A DNA stretch of 64,000 nt from an uncultured Syntrophaceae bacterium (GCA_964547985.1 CAZJPV010000005.1:7755-71754), one strand, 5' to 3'; shown: positions 8,830 to 18,338, counted from the stretch's first letter. A program made the numbers and translations. The notes: generated from the letters alone by a model not told the origin.

Positions 8830-9231
8830 GTGCGGTTGAGTTTTGGGGGTTCTCAATCTGTGGTCAATGAAAGGGGGGTCCTATACGAAATCCCGCTGAT
8901 GCTTCTGGCGTACGGCGTGCTTTGCGCGGCTGCGATCCCCTGGCTTCATCGTTCTGTCACCGTGCATCCGACACTCATCCTCATCCCCTTCCTGCTGATC
9001 GGTCTGGGTGTGGCCTGTTTCCTCGGCAGGGCCATCAGCATCCCGAGGGTTTACGTGCTTGGAGCCCCCTCGTGCTTCTGGGTTTTTATCCTGTTATCAT
9101 TCCTCACGCTGCCTCTCATGTCGATCTACATTGCTCCGTGGTTCAACACGGCAATGCTCCTGGGGCAGACGTACCTGTCGTTTCGTGCCGACCTGTGGTT
9201 CGCAGAAAGAGAATATCATAAGAAGAAATAG
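8830..9231 (+). CDS. Small polytopic membrane protein, hypothetical
   Basis: 133-aa ORF with about four hydrophobic helices. No motif was recognised. Confidence 0.5.
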   Translation: MRLSFGGSQSVVNERGVLYEIPLMLLAYGVLCAAAIPWLHRSVTVHPTLILIPFLLIGLGVACFLGRAISIPRVYVLGAPSCFWVFILLSFLTLPLMSIYIAPWFNTAMLLGQTYLSFRADLWFAEREYHKKK

Positions 9232-9271
9232 AAAACCCCCCTATGACCCTTTGCCTTTGACGGAGGCCCTT

Positions 9272-11065
9272 ATGTTGAAGCATTTGATAAGCCTGATCGC
9301 TCTGGCGACCATGTTGGCATTTACATACGCAGAAGCGGCATGGATCGGTATCGAAATAAGGGACAAAAGGTCCGATGACGGGAAATTACAGGGAATCGAG
9401 GTGGTTGACGTCGATCAGCGCGGGCCCGCCGCCCAGGCGGGCTTGAGAAAGGGAGACGTCATCGTATTCGTGGATGGAAGGATTGCGGGGTCTACCGAGT
9501 CCTTCGTGAAGATGGCCGCGGACGCGCCGAAAGGTCAATTGCTTCATGTGACGGTGTTGAGAAACGGCGAGAGGGTCAACCATAAAATCACCCTCGCCGA
9601 GACACCGAAGTGGCTCACATATGTCCGAAAAGGCCGAGAACAGGCCGCAAAGCAAAACTTTGACGAGGCCGAAAGATCTTTCACAAAGAGCATCGAGATC
9701 GACCCCGGGATTGAAGAGGCCTATTTCGGAAGGGCCGGTGTTTATATGAACAAAAAACAGTATGACGCGGCCATTGCTGATTACACGAAGTACATTGAAC
9801 GCAGGCCTTCCAGCTGGGATGGTTACGGCAATCGCGGGATGGCTTACGAAAGAAAGGGTCAGAGGGATGATGCGATTCGTGATTACACGAAAGCGATCGA
9901 TTTAAAACCAAATGCTCCCTACTCGGCCAAGATCCGTTGCGACCGCGGCCATCTCTTCTACGAGCAGGGTGCCTACGACCGCGCCATCGAGGACTTCAAC
10001 AATGCCCTCAAAATTGACCCGAAATATACCCCTGCCTACGAAATGCGCGGGAACGCCTATGCGAAAAAGAAAGATTGGTCCCGCGCGAAGGCCGACCACG
10101 AAACGGCGGCGAAGCTCTACCTCGACCAGGGGGTCCAGCTTGCCAAAAAGGGGAATCACGACGGCGCCATACGTTTCTTCGGAATGGGTATCCGGCTCGA
10201 CACGTCGCATACCGCCTCTCTTTACTACAACAGGGGTCTTGTCCAGGAGCAGAAAGGGGACTACCAACGGTCCGTCGCCGATTACACGGCGGCCATACAG
10301 AAAAACCCCTCGTATACCGATGCTTACCGGAGGCGGGGCACCCTGTATGCCGAAAAAATGGGCGATAAGGCAAAGGCTAACCACGACTGGGAAAAGGCCA
10401 CGAGCCTCGAAAGCGCAGGGACGGGAAGCCGGGCGACGACAGGGCTGGTCTGTCCGTCGCCGATTTTCGGGAAGCTCCTCTGGAGCGGAAACACACCTAG
10501 GTGCCTGGAAGGCTTCGCACTGATCCCCGGCTGGCGGTTCAAGCAGGAAAGCACCCCCTGGGTCTGCGCGAAGTGCACCCCGAACTGTATTTTTGTAGAG
10601 GAACCGGACAGAACCTACATCTGCGCGAGTACCTCCGCAGGCGGCCGTGCGGCGGCCGGCTCAGCGGCGAGCCGTTCCGGTGGCGATTCGCTCCTGGGCG
10701 AGACATGGGACCCCTCCGACAAGAAGTCGAAAGGGGTAACGGGCGGTATGGAGGGCGCACCCCGCTCGGAGAGCGAAGTCCGTCAGGCGCTCGAAAACAT
10801 GGGCTTCAGAGTCGTACAGCCGGGGACGATCGGGGCTTTCGATGGATACTGGATCGAGATTGCGGATCCCGCGAAAACGGCCCGCTTCGGCTTCAGCGAG
10901 AGGAGACAGGCGCGAGCCACGGCAAAAGGGCAGGAAACAACCTCGACAATCGGCTGCTGGACGGAACGGAAGGGAGAGCAGTTTATCATCTGGATTGACG
11001 GGCGCGATGTCAGCATCCGTGACGAATCAAAACTTCCGCCCTGGGTGAAACTCTATTCGAAATAA
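9272..11065 (+). CDS. Secreted PDZ-TPR protein with a Cys-rich C-terminal region
   Basis: GGAGG sits at 9263-9267 before ATG 9272. Signal peptide MLKHLISLIALATMLAFTYAEA. PDZ domain (GIEVVDVDQRGPAAQAGLRKGDVIVFVDG). At least six TPR units (AYFGRAGVYMNKKQYDAAIADYTKYIE and others). The track start at 9008 overlaps the previous gene. Confidence 0.85.
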   Translation: MLKHLISLIALATMLAFTYAEAAWIGIEIRDKRSDDGKLQGIEVVDVDQRGPAAQAGLRKGDVIVFVDGRIAGSTESFVKMAADAPKGQLLHVTVLRNGERVNHKITLAETPKWLTYVRKGREQAAKQNFDEAERSFTKSIEIDPGIEEAYFGRAGVYMNKKQYDAAIADYTKYIERRPSSWDGYGNRGMAYERKGQRDDAIRDYTKAIDLKPNAPYSAKIRCDRGHLFYEQGAYDRAIEDFNNALKIDPKYTPAYEMRGNAYAKKKDWSRAKADHETAAKLYLDQGVQLAKKGNHDGAIRFFGMGIRLDTSHTASLYYNRGLVQEQKGDYQRSVADYTAAIQKNPSYTDAYRRRGTLYAEKMGDKAKANHDWEKATSLESAGTGSRATTGLVCPSPIFGKLLWSGNTPRCLEGFALIPGWRFKQESTPWVCAKCTPNCIFVEEPDRTYICASTSAGGRAAAGSAASRSGGDSLLGETWDPSDKKSKGVTGGMEGAPRSESEVRQALENMGFRVVQPGTIGAFDGYWIEIADPAKTARFGFSERRQARATAKGQETTSTIGCWTERKGEQFIIWIDGRDVSIRDESKLPPWVKLYSK

Positions 11066-11136
11066 TCCGCCGCGGGCCAAGGGCTGTCTCCGAAATAGTC
11101 CGCAGTACAATACCCGCGATGTCTGCAGCGATAAGA

Positions 11137-13506
11137 TCAGTATCCCCACCGGCCCGTGCAGTATGAAGTCCTGGTGCTTGGACCGCAAGAAATTGTTCCA
11201 CCGCCAGTAGGCCTGGATCCGGTGGACTTCAGAGTTCCTTTCAGGGTGCAGGATTTCATCTCAGCCCAGCACACACTATCCCGATAAATATAACATTCGG
11301 CCTTCGCGTTTAGTTGTCCCGATTCATCGACCTGACCCCTGATGCTGTAAATGGAAGACTGGAGATAATTGTAGAATTCCCCGTCCACCGTCCCATCACC
11401 GTGAATATTCATCTGGATGTGTCCCCCGGTCGCTACCGTGTTGCATGCAACCGATTTTGTCCCCGTTGGGTCCTTGATCGTTCCCTTGAGCTCGCTCCAG
11501 CCTCCGGAAAACGTACCAACAGGGTATTTTGGGGTTGTGCCGCCCGGTTTCGTTGTAGACGGAGGTTTGGATGAAGCTGTCGGTTTTTTGCCGGTCGGTT
11601 TTGTGGGCTGGGTCGGTTGGGTCGGTTGACTCGCACCGGCCGCGGCTGCCGCAGCGCCCAGAACCGCCTGTCCCAGCGCCTCACCTATCCTCCGCCCCGT
11701 TTCATAGTACTGTTTGTCCTTTTCCGACTTTTCCTTTCCTTTCGGCTCCTTTTCTTCAGCGGCCAGGCGGGCAAGCTGGCTCTTTGAACAGCCGCTCGCG
11801 TCCACCTGCTCGCTTGCAAGAAGGAGCGTGTAGGCGCACCGATCCTTGTCATCCGTGACCCCATCGCCGTCGGAATCGAGCTGGCTTGGCGCACAGCCAC
11901 TGGCGTCCACGAAGAGTTCTTTCGCATCCGTTCCGGGACAGATGTCTGCGTTGTCCTTTACACCATCATGATCCGAATCAAGCTGGCTTGGCGCGCAGCC
12001 TCTGTCATTCACGCTGGCCCTTTCTTCTGCTTTTGTCCCGGGGCAGTCATCCGCTTCATCCTTGACCCCGTCACCGTCCAAATCAAGCTGTCTTGGCGCA
12101 CAGCCACTGGCATCCACGAATTTCCGGTCTTCTGCTTTTGTCCCGGGGCAGTTGTCCAACCTGTCGACCACGCCGTCACCGTCGCTGTCGAGCTCAGGCT
12201 TTTCTTTTTCTTCTTTGGCGGTTTCGCCGGGTTTCTTGTCAACGGATTTTTTGATTTTCTCCAGTCTTTTGTTCAAAAGACTCAACTCATATTCAATCCG
12301 CTTTCTTGCCTCGGGGTCGGTCGTTGCCTTCCACTGACGGTCGAGGTCTGTGATCCTGTCCCCAATCTTTTCGGAAGGAAGGTTCAAGACGCGCTCTTCG
12401 GCTCCCTTTTGCTCAGCTTTTTGGAGGTCCGACTGTTTTTTTGACAGGAGTTCTATTTCGTACTCGATTCTTTTTCTTGTGTCGGAGTCTGTCGTCGTTT
12501 TCCGCAGACGGTCGAGTTCTGTAATCCTTTTGTTAATCTTGTCGGGCTGAAGGTTCCGTGCACGTTCTTCTGTCTGCCTGAGGCGTATTTCCTCCGCGCG
12601 CCTGTGAATCTCCTGTTTGTCCTTTTCTGAAAGCTGGCGGGAAATTGGCAAAGATTCCAGACGCCAGCCATAGTCCCTTCTTTCTTTGTCCAGGTATAAA
12701 ATACGATCAACATCGATACCCTTAGCATACGGTGTGTTTCTAAGCAGCATCAGGTCTGTACGCAACCTTCTGCAATCGTTTTCCGTCTTTTCCAGATAGT
12801 CCGTTATCTTCTGTGAAGCTGCGTCCGCTGTTTTGTCAACGATGGGTTTTCCGTATTTATCGTAGCCATATGCTCCTCCGACGGCTCCCGCAACAGCGCC
12901 GACCCCCCCACCCACGACGGCACCGGGAGGGCCGCCCAGGGCACCCCCAACTACGGCGCCTCCCTTGGCTCCCGCCCAGGCTCCTGCAGTCGCGGCCACT
13001 CCACTCAGGGAATCATTCGCAAGGGCCTGGGCCGCGCCCGTTCCATCTCCGTAGATCAGGGATACGCCGGCCTCCTCATAAGCCAGGGCTGAGTCGCCAT
13101 AATCCAGATACTTTCCCGCAGTCTCGAGTGTTTTGGCATACTCATGAATATTCCCCGGGAGTTGCCTGTAGATCTTATGGACGTTTTCCGGGTGAGTTTC
13201 CTTTATAAGGTTTTTGACTGTCTCCCGAGATTGGTAACGGCCGGCTGCATCCTTGATGGCATCACCCGCGCTGTAGGCGGGTCCCAGCCATTCATTCATC
13301 CCGTCCAACGTGTCCATAACTCCATCCAAGGTGGTCGAAGGGAGCGGCTGCAATTTTCCATCAGGGGTCCTGCCTCGCAGATCCCTTTGTTGACTGAACC
13401 CGCTACCCGATGCGGATGATATACCAATGGCAAGCAAGCCGATACTGACACAGGCAAGCAGTATCACCAGATTGTGAAATCTTATGGTCAGGACAGGATA
13501 TTTCAT
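11137..13506 (-). CDS. Large secreted protein: glycine-zipper segment, duplicated coiled coil, thrombospondin-type-3 Ca-binding repeats, P/T linker and C-terminal beta domain
   Basis: 789 aa. Glycine zipper GAVVGGALGGPPGAVVGGGVGAVAGAVGG. Repeated DxDGDGVxDxxDxCPGT...VDxxGC modules. QPTQPTQPTKPT linker. Confidence 0.8.
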   Translation of the reverse strand: MKYPVLTIRFHNLVILLACVSIGLLAIGISSASGSGFSQQRDLRGRTPDGKLQPLPSTTLDGVMDTLDGMNEWLGPAYSAGDAIKDAAGRYQSRETVKNLIKETHPENVHKIYRQLPGNIHEYAKTLETAGKYLDYGDSALAYEEAGVSLIYGDGTGAAQALANDSLSGVAATAGAWAGAKGGAVVGGALGGPPGAVVGGGVGAVAGAVGGAYGYDKYGKPIVDKTADAASQKITDYLEKTENDCRRLRTDLMLLRNTPYAKGIDVDRILYLDKERRDYGWRLESLPISRQLSEKDKQEIHRRAEEIRLRQTEERARNLQPDKINKRITELDRLRKTTTDSDTRKRIEYEIELLSKKQSDLQKAEQKGAEERVLNLPSEKIGDRITDLDRQWKATTDPEARKRIEYELSLLNKRLEKIKKSVDKKPGETAKEEKEKPELDSDGDGVVDRLDNCPGTKAEDRKFVDASGCAPRQLDLDGDGVKDEADDCPGTKAEERASVNDRGCAPSQLDSDHDGVKDNADICPGTDAKELFVDASGCAPSQLDSDGDGVTDDKDRCAYTLLLASEQVDASGCSKSQLARLAAEEKEPKGKEKSEKDKQYYETGRRIGEALGQAVLGAAAAAAGASQPTQPTQPTKPTGKKPTASSKPPSTTKPGGTTPKYPVGTFSGGWSELKGTIKDPTGTKSVACNTVATGGHIQMNIHGDGTVDGEFYNYLQSSIYSIRGQVDESGQLNAKAECYIYRDSVCWAEMKSCTLKGTLKSTGSRPTGGGTISCGPSTRTSYCTGRWGY
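11780..12200 (-). repeat. Tandem coding repeats (about 99-105 bp units) encoding TSP3-like calcium-binding modules
   Basis: The string gacggcgatgg/gacggtgacgg (DGDG) recurs with conserved CPGT and DASGC spacing four to five times. Confidence 0.75.
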
Positions 13507-14609
13507 TTTCTGTTTTTGGGGGGAGTTTTGTTCATACTTTGTCCGCGTTTGTAGAAGCCGTTGTAATCGATCACATCCATTCTTTTAAGACGCAGTTCTT
13601 CGCTTTGCCCATCGAAGAAGAGGCTGATACTTCCGGATGCATCATATACCGGCACCAGGAAAACAAGGAAGCCGTCTTTGCCGACTACGAAGGCCACGGC
13701 TTCCATGGACTGAAACTGAGCCGGAGCCATATTTCTCAGAATTTTTTTCGTGGCGGGGAGGGTTTCTTTCGCCGATTGGAGAAGGTCTGTCATTCGACCC
13801 TGCGCAGCCGATTTTATGGTGTCAATCGTTTTGTTTCGGCAGGACTCCATGTGAGGGTTGTTTTTCCCGGCGAAGCGAAAATTATCCATTGCCTTCAAGG
13901 AGGAATAGAGCCTCACAGCAATCATTGGGTAGTTTACATCATTCAGCAGTCGCTGGTCGCTCAGGACGATCGATTTGTGGCGCCAGTTGTCCACAGAAAC
14001 ATCTGAAAAAGTATATTCGAACGACTTTACGGCCTCGGCAAGACTCATGCCCAATGCTGCGGGTTTGAAAAGGTCGCTTCTTAGCCAAGCCGGCGTATAG
14101 CTCAGCACGGAATCCTTGCGGATCCAATCCCCCAAGATCATTTCTGCATCTACGATCCTCGGAATCTCACCTGCTATGTCCCACACCGTGAGGAGGAATA
14201 CATCACTCCAGGGATTGTAAAAGGACACAAGAGGATGATTCGATCCTGAACTTCCCACCGTGTGAACGGATACGCTCATGAAATAGGACCATCCTGCAAG
14301 GGGTGCTGTTTGAATCCAGATCTTTTCGTCAAAGATCCTGAATTTCTGAATTGCTGCGTCTTCTGCAAACAGGAAAAGGGCATCCCTGTAATCTCTCATA
14401 CAGACCTGCCTGAAATAATTGACGGAGGTCAAAAGTCTCGTCATTCGGACGTAATCTGGTTTGGAGATTTTGGCAGAGGAAACTCTATTTTCTTTCGAGG
14501 ACTTTTTGCTTGAGGCGGCTTGGCAGAAAGGGGCGGCAAAAAGGAATGCCGCAAGAACGACAAGGATAACGGGAAGGTATCGAACCGATCTTGAAGAAAA
14601 GATCTTCAT
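13503..14609 (-). CDS. Secreted hypothetical protein, translationally coupled to the TSP3-repeat protein
   Basis: 368-aa ORF with signal peptide (LPVILVVLAAFLFAAPFCQA). Its stop overlaps the downstream start (ATGA at 13503-13506). Confidence 0.7.
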   Translation of the reverse strand: MKIFSSRSVRYLPVILVVLAAFLFAAPFCQAASSKKSSKENRVSSAKISKPDYVRMTRLLTSVNYFRQVCMRDYRDALFLFAEDAAIQKFRIFDEKIWIQTAPLAGWSYFMSVSVHTVGSSGSNHPLVSFYNPWSDVFLLTVWDIAGEIPRIVDAEMILGDWIRKDSVLSYTPAWLRSDLFKPAALGMSLAEAVKSFEYTFSDVSVDNWRHKSIVLSDQRLLNDVNYPMIAVRLYSSLKAMDNFRFAGKNNPHMESCRNKTIDTIKSAAQGRMTDLLQSAKETLPATKKILRNMAPAQFQSMEAVAFVVGKDGFLVFLVPVYDASGSISLFFDGQSEELRLKRMDVIDYNGFYKRGQSMNKTPPKNRK

Positions 14610-15112
14610 ACCCGCTCCTTCAGGTGAGTAGTCGTAAAATACCAGATTGAAAGGGCTAATGCAAAGGATATTAGCCGCTAAGAATTTGTGCCAGGCTTTG
14701 AGTATTTGATATTGCTCGTAGTGAGAAGCACAAGCTGTCTATAAACTTCTTCCTGGGCTCGCTAAAAAATTTTGTTCCAGATGCAAGATTACAATCATTC
14801 ATCGGCAAAAATAATTTCTTTTTTTGACCTGCAATTCGATCCTTGACATCATTTTTCCAATCCATTACAAAATAAACGTTGTCTTGTCGGTCTCTAACAA
14901 ACCAGTCAGCTTATACATGATGGGGAGCCTTGAGCGAGCTATGAAACCCTGCTTTCGGTTGAAGGCGGGGTTTTTATAATTCAGAATGCAGGGGGGACTA
15001 TAAAAAATCTTCTTTGGTCGGTTATCATTTCCTTTACAGTTTTTGGTTCCGGCTGCTCAGTTTTATGGCCGCATAACAACCTGATTTGAAAAATATAGAA
15101 GGAAATGCAAAA

Positions 15113-15496
15113 ATGACGGGCTATGTTGGAAACATCGAGAAACAGACATTGAAGAACAATTATTTCAGAAAGGTTTTGTTCACTGCTAAGAATGCTCAAC
15201 TGGTTGTAATGTGCCTTCAACGCGGAGAGGAAATTGGAGACGAGGCTCACCATGATATAGACCAGTTCTTCAGGCTTGAACAGGGTGAGGCGAAATTCAT
15301 CTTCAATAAAAAAGAGGAACATGTAGTCCATGATGGCGAGGCGGTTATTGTCACAGCAGGTACCTTTCACAACGTGATAAACACCGGAAGGGGACGGCTG
15401 AAGCTGTATACTATATATTCACCGCCAAACCACCCTGACGGCACGGTTCACAAGACCAAAGCCGAAGCAGATAAAGCTGAAGAGGAGCATCGTTGA
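15113..15496 (+). CDS. Cupin-domain protein
   Basis: Cupin motifs (GEEIGDEAHHDIDQFFRLEQGEA ... GTFHNVINTG). The track start at 15086 is TTG, so ATG 15113 is preferred. Confidence 0.85.
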   Translation: MTGYVGNIEKQTLKNNYFRKVLFTAKNAQLVVMCLQRGEEIGDEAHHDIDQFFRLEQGEAKFIFNKKEEHVVHDGEAVIVTAGTFHNVINTGRGRLKLYTIYSPPNHPDGTVHKTKAEADKAEEEHR

Positions 15497-15574
15497 AGCT
15501 GCTTGTGAATGTTATTGGTAGATAGGCAGGCTGACTGAGTACGTCTGATGGAAACCAGGGAAAGGAGGTATTCA

Positions 15575-16009
15575 ATGTTTCATAGAGGAAGCAACAACAT
15601 TTTATTCGCATTAGCTGTCATTGCCGGGGTTCTTCTCATGAATGCCTGTGCGGCAATGAACCAGCAGACAAACAAAGGAGATACCACCATGGAAGCTGTC
15701 CGAATTTCGCCGCAGGATACTTATCAGCAGGTGACATCAGGAAGAGCTATATTAGTCTGTTCCTATGATAAGAAAACATGCAGCAAGATGATGTTAGAGG
15801 GTGCCATTACGCGTGAAGAGTTTCAGTCGAAACTGCCCAGTATTTCCAAGAGCCAGCCAATTATTTTTTATTGTGCCTGACACGAGGAACACACCTCTGC
15901 CGGTCAGGCAGTGAAATATACGAAAATGGGATATACCAATGTTAAGGCGCTGCACGGCGGCGTTGAGGCTTGGAAAAAGGCAGGGTATAAACTTGTAGGC
16001 GATAAATAA
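15575..16009 (+). CDS. Single-domain rhodanese lipoprotein with an in-frame TGA (15878-15880) in the catalytic loop; candidate selenoprotein
   Basis: AGGAGG lies 7 nt before ATG 15575, and the lipobox is VLLMNAC. The track ORF stops at IIFYCA-TGA. The same frame continues HEEHTSAGQAVKYTKMGYTNVKALHGGVEAWKKAGYKLVGDK-TAA (16007-16009). That stretch is the conserved C-terminal part of a rhodanese domain, and a terminator follows. Confidence 0.7.
15897..15911 (+). promoter_or_regulatory. SECIS-like hairpin downstream of the rhodanese TGA
   Basis: CTGCC GGTCA GGCAG: perfect 5-bp stem with loop GGUCA. The loop starts 21 nt after the TGA. Confidence 0.45.
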
Positions 16010-16050
16010 GAAGCGACCTGGTTGCTAACCGTTGGGTCAGGAAAGAAAAA

Positions 16051-16084
16051 AGGCAGAGCCGTTTCTGGCTCTGCCTTTCTGTTC
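16051..16084. terminator. Bidirectional rho-independent terminator between the convergent rhodanese and cspA genes
   Basis: 10-bp stem aggcagagcc/ggctctgcct (16051-16060 / 16067-16076). An A-run lies upstream and TTCTGTT downstream. Confidence 0.75.
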
Positions 16085-16152
16085 AAATTAAAGAGGCACA
16101 TCAGAGCATGAAAAAAACAGATTGAAGTACCTCTTCCTTACCGCTCATGCGC

Positions 16153-16353
16153 TTATAAAAGTTTCACGTTCTCGGCTGCCGGGCCTTTCTGACCCTGCAC
16201 AACGTCGAAGCTGACACGCTGGCCTTCACTAAGCGTCTTGAAACCAGCGGCTTGAATAGAAGTGTGATGAACGAACAGATCACCACCGTCATCTTTTTCG
16301 ATGAACCCGAAGCCTTTCTTGTCGTTGAACCATTTTACTTTGCCTTCTGACAT
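16153..16353 (-). CDS. cspA: Cold-shock protein (CspA family)
   Basis: [33 protein letters not shown] carries the RNP1 (KGFGFI) and RNP2 (VFVHH-like) motifs. The AGGAGG spacing fits the second ATG (16353). Confidence 0.93.
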   Translation of the reverse strand: MSEGKVKWFNDKKGFGFIEKDDGGDLFVHHTSIQAAGFKTLSEGQRVSFDVVQGQKGPAAENVKLL

Positions 16354-16851
16354 CGCTTGCATCCTCCTTTCATAGAATTCTATTTAAGTCGGATTTCCAC
16401 AATGACAGAAAGAAAAAGGCCACCGAGACTCTAAAGAGCATGATGGCCAGCCTTTGCACTTCAAAATGTCTTAATCCATACTTATTTAGTGCTGGAAATT
16501 TACGATGTCTCTTATCGAAAGTCAAGGATTATTCTTTAATTATTTCAATAACTTTTATTATGAGATTCAGGAGCTTTTGCAGGGGAAGGGGGGAGGCACA
16601 CGGCGGCAAATCCACTATTGGGGCAGACCATAGTCCGAAAGTTGATAGATAGATGGAGTTTGGCGATCACAGGAAATCGTTGAGGTTCCCGTGAGTGCAA
16701 AATGACCCCGCTGCTTCTACATAAATAAAAATATATTATCTTGACTTCATGCAATTTGAGAGTAGCATATATATAAATCAAAGTAATTGACACTGGATCT
16801 GCAGCTTATCTCTCCTTTCCCCTTATAGGGGTCATAATTTGGTAATTGAAA

Positions 16852-16881
16852 CCCTGTCTTTTACAGAAGACGGGGTTTTTT
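16852..16881 (+). terminator. Orphan rho-independent terminator, possibly the 3' end of a small RNA
   Basis: 9-bp stem (ccctgtctt / aagacgggg, one G-U pair) with a 6-nt loop, followed by TTTTTT. No credible plus-strand CDS ends upstream. Confidence 0.5.
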
Positions 16882-17030
16882 GTTTCTTCTTAAAAGCTAT
16901 TTTTACAGTTGAACGTGATCAACACGCTAGGGCGTGGCACCAACGTCTCCTATTTACTCTGAACATACGGCTTTGAGGAACAGTTCCTAACGCGATTAAC
17001 GCAAATCTCTCAGCAGAAAGAAGGGCCAGG

Positions 17031-17345
17031 ATGAAGGTACATTTAATCGATAAATTCAATGATTTTAACAATCTGCATGATAATGTATGGGAATGCGGAT
17101 GGTGGAAATTGAAAGAAGACAAGGCTCAAGAGCTCGTCGGGAGTGAAATTTATTTTCACAAAAAGCGATTGGAACCGTCTTTTTATGGCGGGACGATAGT
17201 GGGATACAGAATAGAGCAGGAGGGACTACACCAGGGGGGCACTGTTTTCGAATTCCAGTATAGTCACGCATCCAGAAATGTCAGGACGAATAAATATGGC
17301 TGGTCCAGAGAAATGAAGATCATAGAAGAACCGGAACAGAAATAG
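17031..17345 (+). CDS. Hypothetical protein (104 aa), low-GC island
   Basis: ATG-started ORF with balanced composition. No motif was recognised. Confidence 0.45.
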   Translation: MKVHLIDKFNDFNNLHDNVWECGWWKLKEDKAQELVGSEIYFHKKRLEPSFYGGTIVGYRIEQEGLHQGGTVFEFQYSHASRNVRTNKYGWSREMKIIEEPEQK

Positions 17346-17453
17346 CCGCCGGAACGGATGCCGGGTTACCCAGGAGACTGATCGGCAAGGCCAGGCATCC
17401 ACAATAATATAGCGAACCTTTTTCAGGAATAATGACACGAGGTACAAAAGTTT

Positions 17454-17660
17454 ATGGCTGTTGTTTTGTCGGGCTACGAAAATGAGACGATGGTTCATCT
17501 GGATTCCGCAGGGATATCAACGGGGGTGCAAGAGAGATTACCCGAAAAAGTGTCCCGGGTTTTTGAGACGATCCTTGAGGAACTACAGATGAACGTCAGT
17601 ACAAGGAAATATCGAGACCTTTACGTGAGCGAAGGTCTCTTGTGGGGCACGAAAAGGTAA
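17454..17660 (+). CDS. Hypothetical small protein (68 aa)
   Basis: ORF only. Confidence 0.3.
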   Translation: MAVVLSGYENETMVHLDSAGISTGVQERLPEKVSRVFETILEELQMNVSTRKYRDLYVSEGLLWGTKR

Positions 17661-17681
17661 TCCAGCGGGAAGGGAAATACC

Positions 17682-17873
17682 ATGATTAAAATTTCTCAGG
17701 GACTCCCGATGAGGAAACTAAATATGGAATCCGCAATCATCAGCGCCTTCAATCGTTATTTCGAGGGTGGAAGCGCTGGAGAAAAGGCGGGAATACTTAA
17801 GGCGTCTCTCATGGATGCCCAGACAAAATATTTTCAGAAGAAAATCTGGTCAGTCCCGACGCTTCAAAAGTGA
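17682..17873 (+). CDS. Hypothetical small protein (63 aa)
   Basis: ORF only. Confidence 0.3.
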   Translation: MIKISQGLPMRKLNMESAIISAFNRYFEGGSAGEKAGILKASLMDAQTKYFQKKIWSVPTLQK

Positions 17874-17981
17874 TGGACCGGCCTCTTGCAGAAAGGTTGC
17901 GTGTGGGGAGACGGTCTATACCCTCATAGTCACTGGCAGTGTTTTTCAAAATCATCATGTCGGAAACAAGGATAAAAAGCT

Positions 17982-18338
17982 ATGACTGAAGACTTACTTG
18001 ATTACTGGGTTCGACTCATCAAGCCACTCTTCCCGATGAATGCCTGGATTGTCTCGAGCTTGTCAGATGACGATTATCTAATACAAATCGACTGGAACCT
18101 CGAAAAGGAGCCGCGTCGACCAAACAATCGATCAAAGAAAATACAGATAACCATCTCAGCGGAAGCTATTGAAAATTATCTCGATAAGGGCAAGAAAGAA
18201 CGTGAAGTGTCTGACCGCGCAATGATGAAGTTGATCTTGGAGCGGTATAACCATGTGATTCCGGATCGAAACGCTCATGCGTCCCAATCTGCATCCACAG
18301 AAAAGTGGTTAATTTCAAGTGATGTGCTCAATGCATAA
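17982..18338 (+). CDS. Hypothetical protein (118 aa)
   Basis: ORF with plausible composition. No motif was recognised. Confidence 0.45.
   Translation: MTEDLLDYWVRLIKPLFPMNAWIVSSLSDDDYLIQIDWNLEKEPRRPNNRSKKIQITISAEAIENYLDKGKKEREVSDRAMMKLILERYNHVIPDRNAHASQSASTEKWLISSDVLNA

Noticed and set aside
9008-9271. Track start at 9008 for the PDZ-TPR protein (685 aa)
   Set aside because: The first 88 codons overlap the membrane-protein gene 8830..9231 in another frame and are Arg/Ser/Cys-rich. A GGAGG plus ATG at 9272 gives a clean signal peptide.
14943-14975. Terminator-like hairpin (ACCCTGC...GCGGGGT plus TTTTTA) with no upstream plus-strand gene
   Set aside because: It needs a bulged stem and sits in AT-rich DNA between the island edge and the cupin gene. 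The evidence is too weak to call a feature. It may insulate the 13503-14609 operon.
14671-15370. ORFs 14671..14865(-) and 14981..15370(-)
   Set aside because: The second is antisense to the well-supported cupin gene. The first has no RBS or motif and lies in an AT-rich spacer. Neither is supportable as a gene.
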